This document shows, one piece after another, positions 14,085 through 27,180 of a DNA stretch of 64,000 nucleotides. Below the pieces are notes generated by a model. That model had not been told where the DNA came from and did not search any database. It saw only the letters and a list, made by a program, of their open reading frames with translations. The stretch comes from Podarcis pityusensis. Its lineage: Eukaryota. Location of the stretch: NCBI GenBank assembly GCA_964106645.2, contig OZ067040.1; one strand, 5' to 3'. The first letter of the stretch is position 1; each line of letters starts with the position of its first letter. Position numbers and translations under genes: made by a program.

Positions 14085-16306
14085 TAATTTGTAGGCAGGC
14101 TTAAGAGAGGTCACATGGAAAGAATAAATAATTATGAACAGGACTGTATCCAATACACCACAGTGACCAGCTCTGACTCATTTTCACGTTTTGCCTCATT
14201 CCCCGCGATGTCTTCATAGTATTTAGGACAGGGATGGGACAACCTGTGGGCTCCATAACGACCATATATTTGAAGCGTCCCCCCCCCCCCAAAAAAGAAT
14301 ACTGGGATCGACAGTTTACCCATAACAGAGGTACAATTCCCAGCACGCTTAACAAGCAACAGTTCCCAGAATTCTTTGGAGGGGGTGCTTTATTTAGTGT
14401 ATGCAACCTAATTCTACAATAACAGATTGAATTTGAATCACTTTCTGAAAAGGTGGGAGTCATTTCAATCCTGCCTTCTCTCCCCTAGATGGAGCTCTGA
14501 AGTCATATTTAGAGAACAGGGTATTTCATTTGGCGGCATTCATTTTATCTTCCCACACTGTTATTTATGATCTCACCCTTCATCGAGAGCAAGAACAAAC
14601 CACCATCTTGGCCGCAGCCCAATTTTATTTTCTTACATGGAGAATCTAACTTGTGTAAGGTGACAAGCTGAAAGCAAACTGATTCTTTGGTGGAATTGCA
14701 GAGACACCTTTTCTAATTGGCTACAAAAATTGTACAAATGTACAAGTATTCTTGATTGAGCTAAACCTTTGCCTTTAAAATTTGCATGGGTGGAAATATT
14801 TAAAAAAGGAAAATCTATTATTTCTATAATTTCTAAATTCTGCAGGCCTAGATCCTAAGATAAGTTAACTTGCCGCCTGCAACTTCTGACAGCCTCTCTC
14901 TGCAGGATTTGGCCAAGGGCTGACTTCTGCGGGACAGAGTGCTGGGGTCTGCTGGGAAGGGGCAAATCACCCAAAATAGGAAAACCCTCTGCCTAATTTT
15001 GGACGATGTCCTGTTAACTATATCACCAGGTGAGACATAACTCAAATCTTTTTGGTTTATGTTTTTATTCCCCCCCCCCGCCCCCATAGTGCTTATGGTT
15101 TTTGGCATTTAGAACATCCTAACATTATGTCTCAATTCTGCCCTGGAGGGATTTTTGCCACTGAATCAAATTAAAGAAAATGCTTTGTTGAATCAAACAT
15201 TCTTTCTACAAATATATAAGACTAGTTTAAAGGACTGCAAGAACTATTGCCTCCATCTGGACACTCTGATGTGTTTGTGTTTCACTTTGCAAACAAAATG
15301 GGTTGTATTCAGATTGACCTCAGGACTGCCGCTTCAAATTTAGAGTTAAGAGCCTGAAGCTCAATCTTTTCCTGCTCATTTGAATTGGTTTCAAACAGTC
15401 GTTGCCCCTAAAGCAAACAATGTACTTGGAGCCTTGTGGGCAATACTTGCAAGCTGACCTTATGCCTATCCATGCTAGTAAGAGGCAGCTGGGAAAGAGG
15501 GTCATTTAGTGGCTATATGCATCCAAGGAAACTCAGAAGCCTATTTGCAGATACTTTGCTCCTCTTCAAAAAAGCAACAACTAACTATCCTGGACGTAGA
15601 TGCCATAGTAAGTTTTTGGAGGGCTGAAAAACACTGAGGACAGCAGTGGCTCTCCTCCAGTTCCACAGGGCTATTTATTTTCTGGACCCTCACACCAATC
15701 TGACTTTTGTCCCAATTATGGCACTCTTACAGCCTTAGTTGACAAGACTTTGCCTAGAGATTGATAGGGTAATTGCACACCATTGATCTCATTAGATCGT
15801 CAGCGCCATTTATCATGAAGTATTGAAGATTGACAGAGATTTGTGGATCTGCTCCAGAACAATGCTGCTCATTTCCGGCATAAAGGTCAGACAGACAGAT
15901 ATGGCAGGCAAATTGTTCATCATCTCCCCTGGGATCTTACACAGTTCTATTTTACCCCTGCTTCAGGTTCTATATGAATAAGTCATCAATAGGCAAGATT
16001 TGACAATAAATTTGGCATGTCTTCCTCGCTGCCATCTAATTCAGCTACAGTGTAACTTTGCTGCTCACAGTGCTTGGCCATGATGAGACTAGATGCAACT
16101 GATATTGAACCCAGACCCGATCTATCATGAGGGAATAGACTGGAATACAAGGTGTCCATTATCTCAAAACTGTAGCTGTAAATAGCCTTGGCTATGCAGC
16201 TGTGCTTGGAACTCCAGGCTACAGGACTGGCATGGACTCCACTCTCTCTTACCAACTCCTATGTTTTAGAAGACCACAAACCTTCTGAACAAGTTCCGGG
16301 GAGAGC

Positions 16307-16600
16307 CTGATGAATGCCTTCCTTGCCTTGAGCCTAGACTACCCACTGGGGTCTTCTGGGACCACCCTTAGTGATGGCCCAGAAGCTTCAGGAGCTACAG
16401 AACATGGCAGCACACATTACATTAAATATGGGTTGCCAAGATCCTGTTGCATTGACTCTTTGGTGCCTGCATTGACTTCCCATTCCTCTCCTGCTTTAAA
16501 AAGGCTTGGACTCTCTTTGAAAACGCTCACAAGACACAGGAGAGTAACCCCTGAACAACCAGAATCGCCTCCTTGACCATACCTTCCAAGTATCAAGTTC
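16307..16600 (+). mobile_element. Old frameshifted L2 ORF2 remnant
   Basis: Ordered motifs MNAFLALSLDY / QKLQELQNMAAH / LH*LPI resemble the L2 motifs HAFVTSRLDY / KLQLVQNAAAR / LHWLPI. Confidence 0.7.
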
Positions 16601-19600
16601 AAAGAGTAAGGCTACACCCCTCACTGCCACCCTTTCCCAATGCCATTTGAGTAATCTGTAGCAATACCAAGGTGGACATGGTGGCCCTGCCCAAGCAGCA
16701 GCCACTACTGAGTGAGTTGGATCAGACGGTGCCCTTCTATGAGTGGGGAACCTCTTTCCACGGGACTTGGAAGCAGAGGAGGGTGGAAGGGTTTTGCTGA
16801 TTTCTCTTCCTTGCTGTAGTAGGGCCCCCCTCCCACGCCATGCTCCATATTCCTTTGGCAAAGCGCCCCCATTCCCTTGGAACAAAATTTTTGGGCCATA
16901 GGGGAGCAGAGACCCAAGGATGTTCCATTTGCTGAGCACAATTCTAGATATAAACCAGTGCATTCACATTTCACCATACACTTTGCTGCATCAACTACAG
17001 CCCCATTCATTTGATTTTTTCCATAGAACGTACCAAGAATTCATCCTAGTGATTTTTTAAAAAATAATCACATCTCTTTTTAGCTGAACTCCTCAGTTTC
17101 TAGAACATGCTTGCGCTACATCAGATTATTCCCATTAATGATTTTGTGTCACTATAACAGATAGGAGGGGGTCTTCCCCTGAGTGTTATTTTTTTCCGTG
17201 TTTTAATTTATTTTTGTTGTGCTTGTCATTCATCAGTCATTATACCCAATATGGCTTTGTTCCTTTTTCCTGTAAAGACAGCAGCTATGCCAGTCAGAAA
17301 TAATACAACTGTTACTTGTTTTAATCCTCTTGCCAAGCCTTTTAGAGAAGCCTCACTTGTTATTGCACTAATGGCTGCTTCTTAATACTAAAAGCCAACC
17401 TACTTGTTTGTGGTTCATTATTTCCCGCACTGTGATCTCAAAAGCCACTCAGGCAAACATAATAAGGTTATGCATTTTAAAATGAGGAGGCAAAGTTTGT
17501 TCTACTCTAGTCGTCTGGAAAAGCTACATTTCCTTACTTTTCAACAGCAGAGTTCATGCACATTAATATTGCACCAGGCAGGTTCTGAGATTCATTTACA
17601 TGTGCCTGCCAACATTCCTTTACATGTACCTTCCATGACTACTCTGCCAGTCAAAGAAAATTTAAAAGCTTCTGTGCATCTGGTCAGTGCTAATGAAATA
17701 TGTAGAGTACACAAGCAACATAGGAGCAGGCATTGCTTGATTATTCTGCAAATATCCTGCTATGAGCCATGCAGGTTACTTCCCCCACCCCAAGAGTGTT
17801 TGGTCCAGTCAAAAGGAACCCTAATTGTCACACCCGTGGCTTGAGACTAGCACAGCCCTTCACTAATTCCAAGCTAAAGCGTGGGTTGCTTTCCATGACT
17901 GTTCATGGCACATCAAGTATTTGTTTTTTTCTTCTTCTTCCCTCTCACTCTTAAAAGTGGGGAGCAAGGGACAGGAAAGGCTACGGGAGAGATCCAACAA
18001 ACTAGTTATGTTAGCACAAGGATTTGTGCTTGGGCAACAGAACTTCCTTTCCCACTTCATTCTCTCAGCGCCTTAAGTCACAGTTATGCATTACCTGAAA
18101 AAATTGTGGAGACTCCAAGGAATAAAAAGTCTGTACTCTTACTGTTTGTACAGAATCATGGAACCAAGTTTAAACAGACATCACGAAATGAGTCTCTCAT
18201 GGAATCACCTTATTTCAAAAAGACACACAAGATATATGACCCTTTCACAGAGTTGGTGGGTGGCTTCCAGTCAAGTTATTTTCTATGACAACAAATGAAG
18301 CCAGAAGACTTCCCAAAGCTTATTCTTTGAAATAAACTTAGAATCTTGGAATTTGTTCTTTGAACAAAACCCTACAAGTTGTTCTTAATGATTTTGTTTC
18401 AGCAGGTATTGTATTGGCTAACTTTGTCCCTATCAAATTTTGATGAGAGAAAAAATGCATATGGAAGGCACTAGCATCTTTTGAAGGTACATATTAACTG
18501 AAATATAGGGTAGGAACACACACACAAATTCAGGGTGATGCTGCTGAAAGATGCAAAAACATTAGAAATCCAATGAATGATGAAGCCTTAGAACCAAGCA
18601 AGCAAACAATAAAAAGAATTAAAGGCTGTTTCACATATTATCTTTGGCTCTCAAAGAAGAAAGCCACTGTTCTAAAAAAAATCTGAAGGATATATTGGGA
18701 GATTGAGGAAGTGGTGGTGGACTCTGCAGTTGCAACTATGCAACAAAACCAGTGTTTTGTAGCAGCAAAGTGAAAGAGAAAAATTTGGACCCATTTGGAA
18801 TTGTGAGCATAGCTCAGATAAATGTCATTTAAGCTTTATACAGGTAAGAAGAACCTAGGAAACTGAGTGTCAGTCATGGAGAGAGAAGCACAGGTATTTT
18901 TAGACCACCTGCAAGTTCATTAGAGAGATACCAAAAGTGTGTAAAGCAGAGAGACTTTGAAGCACAATATACCTCCTGTTCTTTTCAATGGAAAGACCAA
19001 AAAAAGAAAGTTTTCTCCTGAAGTAAATGGGTCATTCTGCATGCAACAGCTTATACAGACCGCTGCATACTTGAGATGCCTATGAATTAAACTTCTTTAA
19101 AAACTCATTGACAGGCAAAACATGAAGCCCTCCCAATTGTCACTGTACCCCAACTCCCATTATACCTGATCACTGGCTATGCTGGCTGTGGCCAAAGGGA
19201 GATAAATCCGGTTATAGAAAGCAAAGCAGCATAGAAAAAGCTGCTTTACTATACTGTGATAAGACAGAAAATTAAAGAGGCTGTGATTTCTCCAAAAGCA
19301 TGCTAAACTCAGCATTTTGCTTTCTTGTAAGCCACTGTTTTGAGAACAGAAAACAACACTTCTATTAACTGGCAATATAAGTACTAACCGGGGTTAAACC
19401 AAAACATCTTAATGTCAAATATTGAAACAATGATCAGCATTAAATATTTCACAAAATATTCACTGAGCCAATATAGAAAAGTGCTGCAGCCAGGAAAACT
19501 AATTCACAAATATTTGGCTTGTTTAACTGCAATCATTTAATGAATGGCAGCTAAGTCAAGGAACAGTAAAGATTACTTATTTTGTAATAACGTTTAGGTT

Positions 19601-19643
19601 ACAAAAATATGGAAAAGATACATGTCAGTAAGATCCCGATTAG

Positions 19644-19649
19644 TTTATT
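19644..19649 (-). terminator. Candidate distal poly(A) signal of LMBRD1 (AATAAA)
   Basis: AATAAA ~1.08 kb after the stop, followed by U-rich sequence (TCTTTTCCATATTTTTGT). Alternatives: ATTAAA 20538-20543, AATAAA 20241-20246. Confidence 0.5.
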
Positions 19650-20732
19650 TTACAAAATGATACAGGAAAAAGTCTTTGCATGATTTTAAATGTTTATGCA
19701 TTGCATTTAGGTATAACTGAACAAAATGGCAAGGGATACAAATTTCAACAGTTATTAATTAAAAAACTACATCAAAATATTTAAGTTAGGGCATAGCAAA
19801 TAATAGTAACTCACTTAGGTGTTTAATTTTTCAACTTATTTTAAAAACTGTTAAGTTTAGACCACGGAGAAAGAATAAAGTTTTGCCCCTCTCCGCTTTT
19901 ACAGAGAAACATCTGGATATATTCATCAAGATAATACTGCTGTCTCCAGCCCACCCCTGCCATGAATAGCAAGATTGAGAGAAACATTGATCCTCTCTCA
20001 CCTGTCTGTATCACTGTGCATAGTAAGAGCTAAACCTGGAGATCCCACATTCATTTGAATGTGGGATTTCGTTAACCCTGTTACAATCCCATTCTTCATA
20101 ACTGGGTTACAGAAAAACCAATGTTTTAATAAGACGAGGCTCTCCCAGGGCACTTGTATTCTACTAGATAATTCTGCAGGAGACAAAGGAGGGAAATGGA
20201 AGCCCAGGTGCTGCTCCCCATCTCACTACATCCTGTTTTTTTTATTATTATTATTTGGCCTCTCACCGAAATCAGCAATAACCCAACATTTGACAATGAT
20301 GATTACAGCTGCTGTTATGTAAAATATTTAGTGTGTTCTAAATATTAATTGTACAATCAAAAAACACTGCACTTTAAACTTGGCGTTCCTGTAAGAAGCA
20401 TTTATCAATTTGATTATATTAACTTTTCAGCACTGTCAAATTGAATCAGGCATAAAGTAATTTAAAGCTCAAGACCAGCAAAAAGGCAACTAACATAATG
20501 ACCGCAGAGTGCATATTGGAAAAAAATTATAGTACTGTTTAATCATTCCTTCATAAAAGTAGCTCCTTTGTGACTATATATGTACATATTAGCTTAACTA
20601 TAATACAATAGTATACTTAAAGATTTCATTTTCCACATTGGCAAATATGTGAACTTTTCCGAGAGTAAAGTCCAATGGTGGCATTTTCACAGTTTTAAAT
20701 TGCATGCTTTAACCTTCAGAACTTATGGGCTG

Positions 20733-20852
20733 TCAACCATAATAGAGGGATGGCTCGTCATCACTTATATCTGAATCATCTTCATCCACTTCACCTTCAA
20801 TAACAGATTTTTTCCCTTTGCAGCATGACACAATTAATCCAATTAAGAAAAC
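20733..20852 (-). CDS. LMBRD1: LMBRD1 exon 16, coding part with TGA stop
   Basis: VFLIGLIVSCCKGKKSVIEGEVDEDDSDISDDEPSLYYG*; tcacag acceptor. Confidence 0.97.
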   Translation of the reverse strand, partial: VFLIGLIVSCCKGKKSVIEGEVDEDDSDISDDEPSLYYG

Positions 20853-21012
20853 CTGTGAATTTAAATCAGTATAATGCATTATTGGTGATCAGTTCAAGGG
20901 AGTAACAGATTTAGAGTCAGTAAACATTGCTGTGTATCAAATGATATGATAATTGCAATTATGTTAAAAGGTTCAGTTGGATTTATAATGACCTACAAAT
21001 AAGTTTACTTAC

Positions 21013-21104
21013 TGCAATGAACGCCCAATTGCCAAAGTAATATGCAGCACTGAAGAACCAAAACTGGTGAAGGAACAGGTAAGTCCGAGTAACAGTGCAT
21101 TCAT
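21013..21104 (-). CDS. LMBRD1: LMBRD1 exon 15 (92 nt)
   Basis: (N)ECTVTRTYLFLHQFWFFSAAYYFGNWAFIA; ttccag / gtaagt. Confidence 0.97.
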
Positions 21105-21550
21105 CTGGAAGAAAAGAAAAGAACAAAACTTAAAAGTGTGTGGCAAAAAAATGTTATTAATTTTAGGGAATACACTGCTTTAAAAAGTCACAACTGCTAA
21201 AAACATGCATGGGTTCTCTTAAAAATAAAAGACAGTTACTTTAAAATTGAAGGTACCACTATCACATAAACTTATTAAGTACTAAGACATTTTTTTTATT
21301 TCAGAGAAGAAATCAATGTTCATATTTTATACCAATACAGACAGTTTTGTTTGATCAAAATCTTAGAATGCATTTACATTTTTCAAAACCTCATATGGAC
21401 TCTTGCACTCTTGTATTTGAAGTGAATATGAAAATTGAATAAAACTCGCCCCTTCCTATGAAAAGTGTTCTGGATTTTTTTTATTGGACATTGCTAGGAG
21501 ATTACAATAAGGCCCAGCTACATCTCACAAGCAAGATTTGGTTTTTAAAA

Positions 21551-21616
21551 AAGGTAAAGGGACCCCTGATCATTAGGTCCAATTGTGACCGACTCTGGGG
21601 TTGCGGCGCTCATCTC
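21551..21616 (-). mobile_element. 5'-truncated Sauria SINE tail
   Basis: AAGGTAAAGGGACCCCTGA...GACTCTGGGGTTGCGGCGCTCATCTC matches 47899-47966. Confidence 0.85.
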
Positions 21617-23559
21617 TACTACCTTCCTAAATTAAAGGGTACAATCAGCAGAACCAAGTGACATCTACCAAGTGTTCTACTTTCTTCTGCTTCCTTCCTT
21701 TACTTACAAATTAAAGATATGCATATTTTCTTACAATGGCTTTCAAAGGCAGTTTACACATACACACTTGTTCCCAATTAAGCCATTATATGGGAAGAAA
21801 AATAACAAACTGTGCTATAAATGAACTTGTGGGGGCTCCCATTTTTAACACACCAACATGATTTCAGACCCCAAGCTATTGTAAAGCTACAACTTCCTCC
21901 ATCTCCGATCATTAGGCATGCTGGCTGGAGCTGATGGAGCCTAGAGTCTAAGAATATCTGGAAGGCATCACATTGACTACCTGTCTTCTACGTTAACCAT
22001 CCTTCAGCACTACTCCAACATGGTTTGTATTAAACTAATATGCACCCAAACTGGTTTCCAAAGCTGTTGGGCAATGTTCAAGGTCATAATGGGTGCAGAT
22101 GGGGGGGGGGGAGTAAGAGAGCAGGATTTGTCATGGAAAACAAGAAAAATTTAACTTGAGAATTTATTTCTCGTTTTTGCCTAGTTTGCATCTCAACATT
22201 GCAGAGGTTTCCCTTAAACTCACCACAACATATTTACTACTAGGATATTTTGCAAAGTACTATTTAGCAGACCTGAACAAGAAGAGGACTTATAATAAGA
22301 CAACCTGAACTGCTGTTGAAGATTATTCTGTGAAACTAGGTCAAAGTACAGATGTGCTTCTCAGACTATGCTGACGCAGTGGAGAGCAAAACCCTATGTC
22401 TACCAAGCCAGGAATCCCAGCAATATCTACAGAGGAAGGTGGGGATGTGTTTTCCAGAAAAAGTTTCTCTGGAGACTTGATGACTTTGAACTACAGGAGC
22501 AAATATGTAGGAATGATCGTTTGACACATCTGGCTTTGAAGTCTCAGTGAAAGAAGACGAATCCAGAAAAGAAATCTGTTAAGGAGGCTTTCGCAAGGAA
22601 TATGGAATGCTTTACATTGGCATGAACCATGCCTGAATGTTGTTAGGGTCTCTTCTTTCAGAAGCGTATTTTAAAATCAGATGTAGAATACCAGATAGGC
22701 AACATTCAAAACAGCATTTAGGAGTTACAGTACTGTCCTGAAATGAGAAGTTCATATATAGGAGCTAAGTCAGAAAGATATGGCACAGCACAATTTCATT
22801 AATACATGGTGGAAACATGCTGAAAAAGACTGTTCTAGATGAGCTGTCACTTACTTTTCACATACTGAAACACACCACAGAAAAGTGAGGCTCTTAACAG
22901 AAGGCTCAATGTAAGAAAGACTGGCATTTCTCCAACATAGATCTTAGACTGCAAGACTAATACCATTCACATATAGTATGTTATTCAAAACATTTCAAGC
23001 TTTCCAATGATTTCTATGTAACGAGCAGTATTAGGCAGAAGAGTGATTTAGTGTAGCAATCACTACAAAGTGGACATTTTCCCAATTAGATCTAATTCAA
23101 CGCTGCAATTAGTTCTAGAGAACAGATTGGGTATCCCCAAGCAGTTCACTAACTCCTATTCTTGGCAATGCTACTTAGAACAAGTGCCCATTTATATTAG
23201 GGAGAATCAAGTTCTCCTGAATTGCAAATTTCCATAACAGAGTAAATTTTAAACACCTTACACTCGGCAGTTGTGTCAGCTAGCCTTATGCTGTCATTCC
23301 CCACCCTCAAGTGAAGAGGGAGATCTGTAATTTTTTTGTGTCTGGTCAATGAACGTGCTGGGCTCCTAATCCAGCTAGCCCCACAAGACCTCATTACTCC
23401 ATTTCCCAGGATACTTTCAGTATCTTTGTGGTAACCGGAGCCTCATCAAACAAAGATTTCTGGCATAGTGGTCCTTTCATGAACATCTCACAACTATTTC
23501 ATCAAATGCAAGCATAAAAATAATACCCAAACGTTCTCGCTACAGAATTTTTGAGGGAT

Positions 23560-23915
23560 GACTAACATAGTAAACTGACCAGGCCTTCTTGGTTGCAGCA
23601 CCCTGGTTGTGGAATTCCAGCCCAAGGGATGTTCAGCTGGCATACATGTGTGTATGTATTTGTGTGTATATGAGAGAGATTTAGGTGAGCAGTTAAACCT
23701 TTTTGTTCTGCCAGGCCTTTGAGCAGCATTAGATTCTTGCCTGCAAAATAGGTTTGGTTTTGCTCTATTTTGTAATGCTCCCCATTTCTTTCCTATTGTA
23801 TCGTATTGTTTATTGTGTATATTGTATTGTATTGTATTATTTGGTTTGCAAGACAAACTGAGAGCCATTTTGAGAGTTGAAAGGTGAAAGACAAGTGATT
23901 TTAAAAATAAAAGAA
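23560..23915 (+). mobile_element. Degraded L2-like 3' end
   Basis: AGGCCTTCTTGGTTGCAGCACCCTGGTTGTGGAATTCC encodes an AFxVAAPxLWNS motif, followed by a TG-rich UTR. Confidence 0.6.
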
Positions 23916-24301
23916 ATCCAGAAAAGACAAAACCAAAATATAGGCATAGATCTAACTGGTCTGTGAAAAAGGTTTCCTACGTTGTCAGCCACTATGGCCA
24001 ATGTGAGAAAAGGAAATAAAACATTTAATTAGTAGATCAGGACAGCACATTTTTAGCACCATCTGCAACCCCTCCAGCTGCTCACCTGAATTAAAGAGTA
24101 ACAAACAGACCTACAGATGGCTCTCTACAGTAATCTGACTAAACAAATTATAGTAGAAATTTTGGACCTGTTTGACCTTCATGAAATATCATAATGAAAC
24201 ATGACACTCGTTCAGTACCTTAGCTCTACACTTGCAATGTCTTTGTTACTTCTCTAGAGCGGCAATAAGATTTGCCAGGCATTATGCAATACAACTCATG
24301 T

Positions 24302-24960
24302 CCTGAATTGAATTGTTTATTATGGTCACACACACCAAGAAAATTAAGTACACAAATTAAAAATACAGCTTGTAAAAACAGATGCATATAAATATACTTC
24401 TCTCTCTGAAGAAGCAGCAGCAGCTAGCAGTAAATTTCTCCTGATCGGCACTGAATGAGAAAAGTTTTTGCAACCCTACTAGCAATACAAAAGTAAGCAT
24501 CCCTTAAGCAGAACAATACAGGCTCTTTGGGAGATTTTCCTGGAAGAGTTCTTCATAAACTGTACTATATACACTCACTATATAAGTTACAGTGCAGAGG
24601 AATATGATCAACAGAATCTATTGCTCCAGCTCCACAAAAACAAAACTGTTCATTAACCAGGATCATGTTGAATTGCCAACTTAACAGTGCAAAAGGCAGT
24701 ACATTAAAATGAGCAAAGATAAATGCTCTCCTAAATGCAGAAACAGTTAATGTATGAAGATTCCATAATGTGAAGTGTATTAAGGTATAAAGGATTTGTT
24801 AGCTGCAATTCTCAGATACTGTGGATCAAGGTCTACTAATCTTTGAACAGAGAAATGGATGTTCTTTAACCTATAATTTCCCAAAACTTCAGGAGAGAGG
24901 CCCAGCCTAAATGTCTTCTTTTCCATCTTTCATCCACTGACTAACAAAAGAGTCTGAGAG
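24302..24960 (-). mobile_element. Non-LTR retrotransposon 3' remnant (RTE-X-like) with C-terminal zinc knuckle
   Basis: Minus frame 24566-24760 reads TLTVSAFRRAFIFAHFNVLPFALLSWQFNMILVNEQFCFCGAGAIDSVDHIPLHCNLY; ends GACCATAATAAA plus (CAATT)n. Clade assignment is tentative. Confidence 0.7.
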
Positions 24961-25075
24961 CAAAAAGGAGAGAAAACTATCAATTTGCAATTTATTATTG
25001 AATGACTCTGAAACTGACAACACATATTTCTGGTAGAAGCACAAGTTCTTCTATGTCATAAATATACCAGTGTTA

Positions 25076-25184
25076 GGGGATTTTATTGTGCGGTGGGAGA
25101 TTATCTTTTTTTTTTTTTTTTTTGGCTTTCTGTCTGTACTTGGGATAGCTGCTCTGTCAAATTCAATAAAAATCATTTGAAAAA
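25076..25184 (+). mobile_element. Short polyadenylated retro-insertion (L1-like 3' end) with degenerate 15-bp TSD
   Basis: AATAAA plus A tail; flanks AATATACCAGTGTTA (25061-25075) and AATATGCAAGTGTTA (25185-25199), 13/15 identical. Confidence 0.65.
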
Positions 25185-26053
25185 AATATGCAAGTGTTAA
25201 GTGTCTAATTTTAGCAATTAATTTTACAGATTGTTAGCTAAGGATAAAGATGCCAAAGAGTCATTATTCCATATTTTTTAGTCTTCAAGTTCTGCTAATG
25301 TTTAAAGAAAATACACTTCAGAGCAGAAGCGAATTGGAGTGGAAGGTGACAAGGGGCGGGACCAGATTAAAAGAGCATACTACGGCTGCCCAGCAGGTAG
25401 AATGAGTAAGAAACCAGAAATGCAGTGCATAGATGAAATAGTGCTCATCACTTTTTCACTCATTTGAATAAAAACATGGCTTTTAGAAACTTAGCTGGTC
25501 AAAGATTCAGCTTAAAAAGGAAAGCCACCAATTCATTGCAATGCCTCATATAGAAAAAAAGAATGGGGTCCACCTAAAACATCTCAAGAACTCCAAAATG
25601 AAATTGCTGATTTTTCAACAACAAATATCAATTTGTCCTCAAGATCAGCCTTAGTACCAGAGGACTAGAGAGCAGCCAAAGTAGCATGGGGGTGCATGAA
25701 ATTTCACGCAAGTTAACTTAATGTCTCAAACTAGTGGAAAGCACTATTAAAGATAAAATTATCAAGCATATGGAACAGTAATGAAACTGTGGTCCTTCAG
25801 GTATTACTAAACTTCAGCTCTCACAATCCCAAATGGTTGACCATGGTGGCTGGAGCTTGAGGGTCAAAGGTTCGCCATCCCCAATACAGGAGAACAATTA
25901 AAATGTGTTTAGACAAATGTATGGTGCCCAGGACTATCAAAGGCTACTAAGTCATGATGGCTGAGCTCCCTCCTCACCTTGGTACCATCTCGCCTCTCCA
26001 GCCAGCTTCTCGGCACTCAGTGACTCAGGAGCTGTTAGCTCACCCAAGACTTA

Positions 26054-26139
26054 CCGTATAAATCCATGTATAAGACAACCTCCAATTTTTGACTTAAAAA
26101 ATGGGGAGGAAACATTGTCTTGTAGACAGAAAAATACAG
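26054..26139. mobile_element. Old 86-bp CCGTA-terminus MITE
   Basis: TA-CCGTATAAATCCATGTATAAGACAA ... TTGTCTTGTAGACAGAAAAATACAG-TA imperfect inverted ends. Confidence 0.6.
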
Positions 26140-26268
26140 TACATTAAAGTCTGTGGAAGACCTTCAAATAGGTATTCAATGTTGCTAAGTTAAATTTCAG
26201 TGGTTCTGATAGAAGTATATTTAAGGTACTTTAACAATGTGTTGGAGTAGAATCCAAAGTTGTCTTAC

Positions 26269-26347
26269 TTGCAGGGGCATCTGCATCACAAACTTTAGGC
26301 ACCCATGTTGTCACATTTGTCAAGTGTCCATCCACTGTCATATTACT
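26269..26347 (-). CDS. LMBRD1: LMBRD1 exon 14 (79 nt)
   Basis: SNMTVDGHLTNVTTWVPKVCDADAPA; acacag / gtaaga. Confidence 0.95.
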
Positions 26348-27044
26348 CTGTGTGGAGAGAAGATTATTTCATTAAACAGTTATAATATGAATACTACAGA
26401 TACATGATTTATTTTGTTTTGGCACAACAGGCTACAATAATTCTTTCCTTAGTTTTGCTTGTGAATGAGGTATTTGGGTTTCATTTACTATCAGAAGAAC
26501 CACAACTAAATTTCAAATTGTTAATGTTATTAGAAGTTTTGTAAAGCAATCTGTAAGCTATTTATTAATTAAGACAGAAACACAAGAATCATCACACAAT
26601 TTCAGGCAAGGTCTGTCCAAAGAGGGTGCCCGTAAAGCAACAAAAAGACAACATTAATATAAAATGCCAACTTAAAATAACCAAACATTTCTAAAATCAA
26701 CTGTCCTGTCAATCAAGACAAGTATCTGCTTTAATTAACTAATCAGGATTCTTACTGTCCCTGGAATGCTAATATATTTTAGACCAGGGCAAAAGAGAGC
26801 TGTGTGAATGCCACAGTTCCATTCAAGAGCAGAACGCCGTATTATGTTGCTGAAGCTAAACAAAAGCAAATACTGCAAGTTCCTAGCCCTTATGATTGCA
26901 AAGATACTCTTGAAAGTGCACAGGCAAAACCTTGTGAAATTGCAACTGACTAAATTGATGAATACAACTACCAGTGTTAGCAGCAAAACATGCTGCGTAT
27001 AGAAAAAGAACAAACTATGCAAAATTATTGCAAAAGTAGTATTC

Positions 27045-27180
27045 CAGACTTGCCCAACCTGGTGACCACCAGATGTTTAGGTCTACAGATCCCCATCAGC
27101 CCCAACTATCACGGTCAATGGTCAGGGATGATGGGAGTTGAAGTCTAACACCATCTGGAGACTAACAGATTGGGAAAGAG
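27045..27180. mobile_element. Palindromic hAT-type MITE copy
   Basis: CCAGATGTT...CCCATCAGCCCC...GGGATGATGGGAG...CATCTGG. Confidence 0.7.

Noticed and set aside
10-19400. Numerous 60-155-aa ORFs in the intergenic part
   Set aside because: No recognisable homology or consistent splice structure; many overlap repeats or begin at non-ATG codons.
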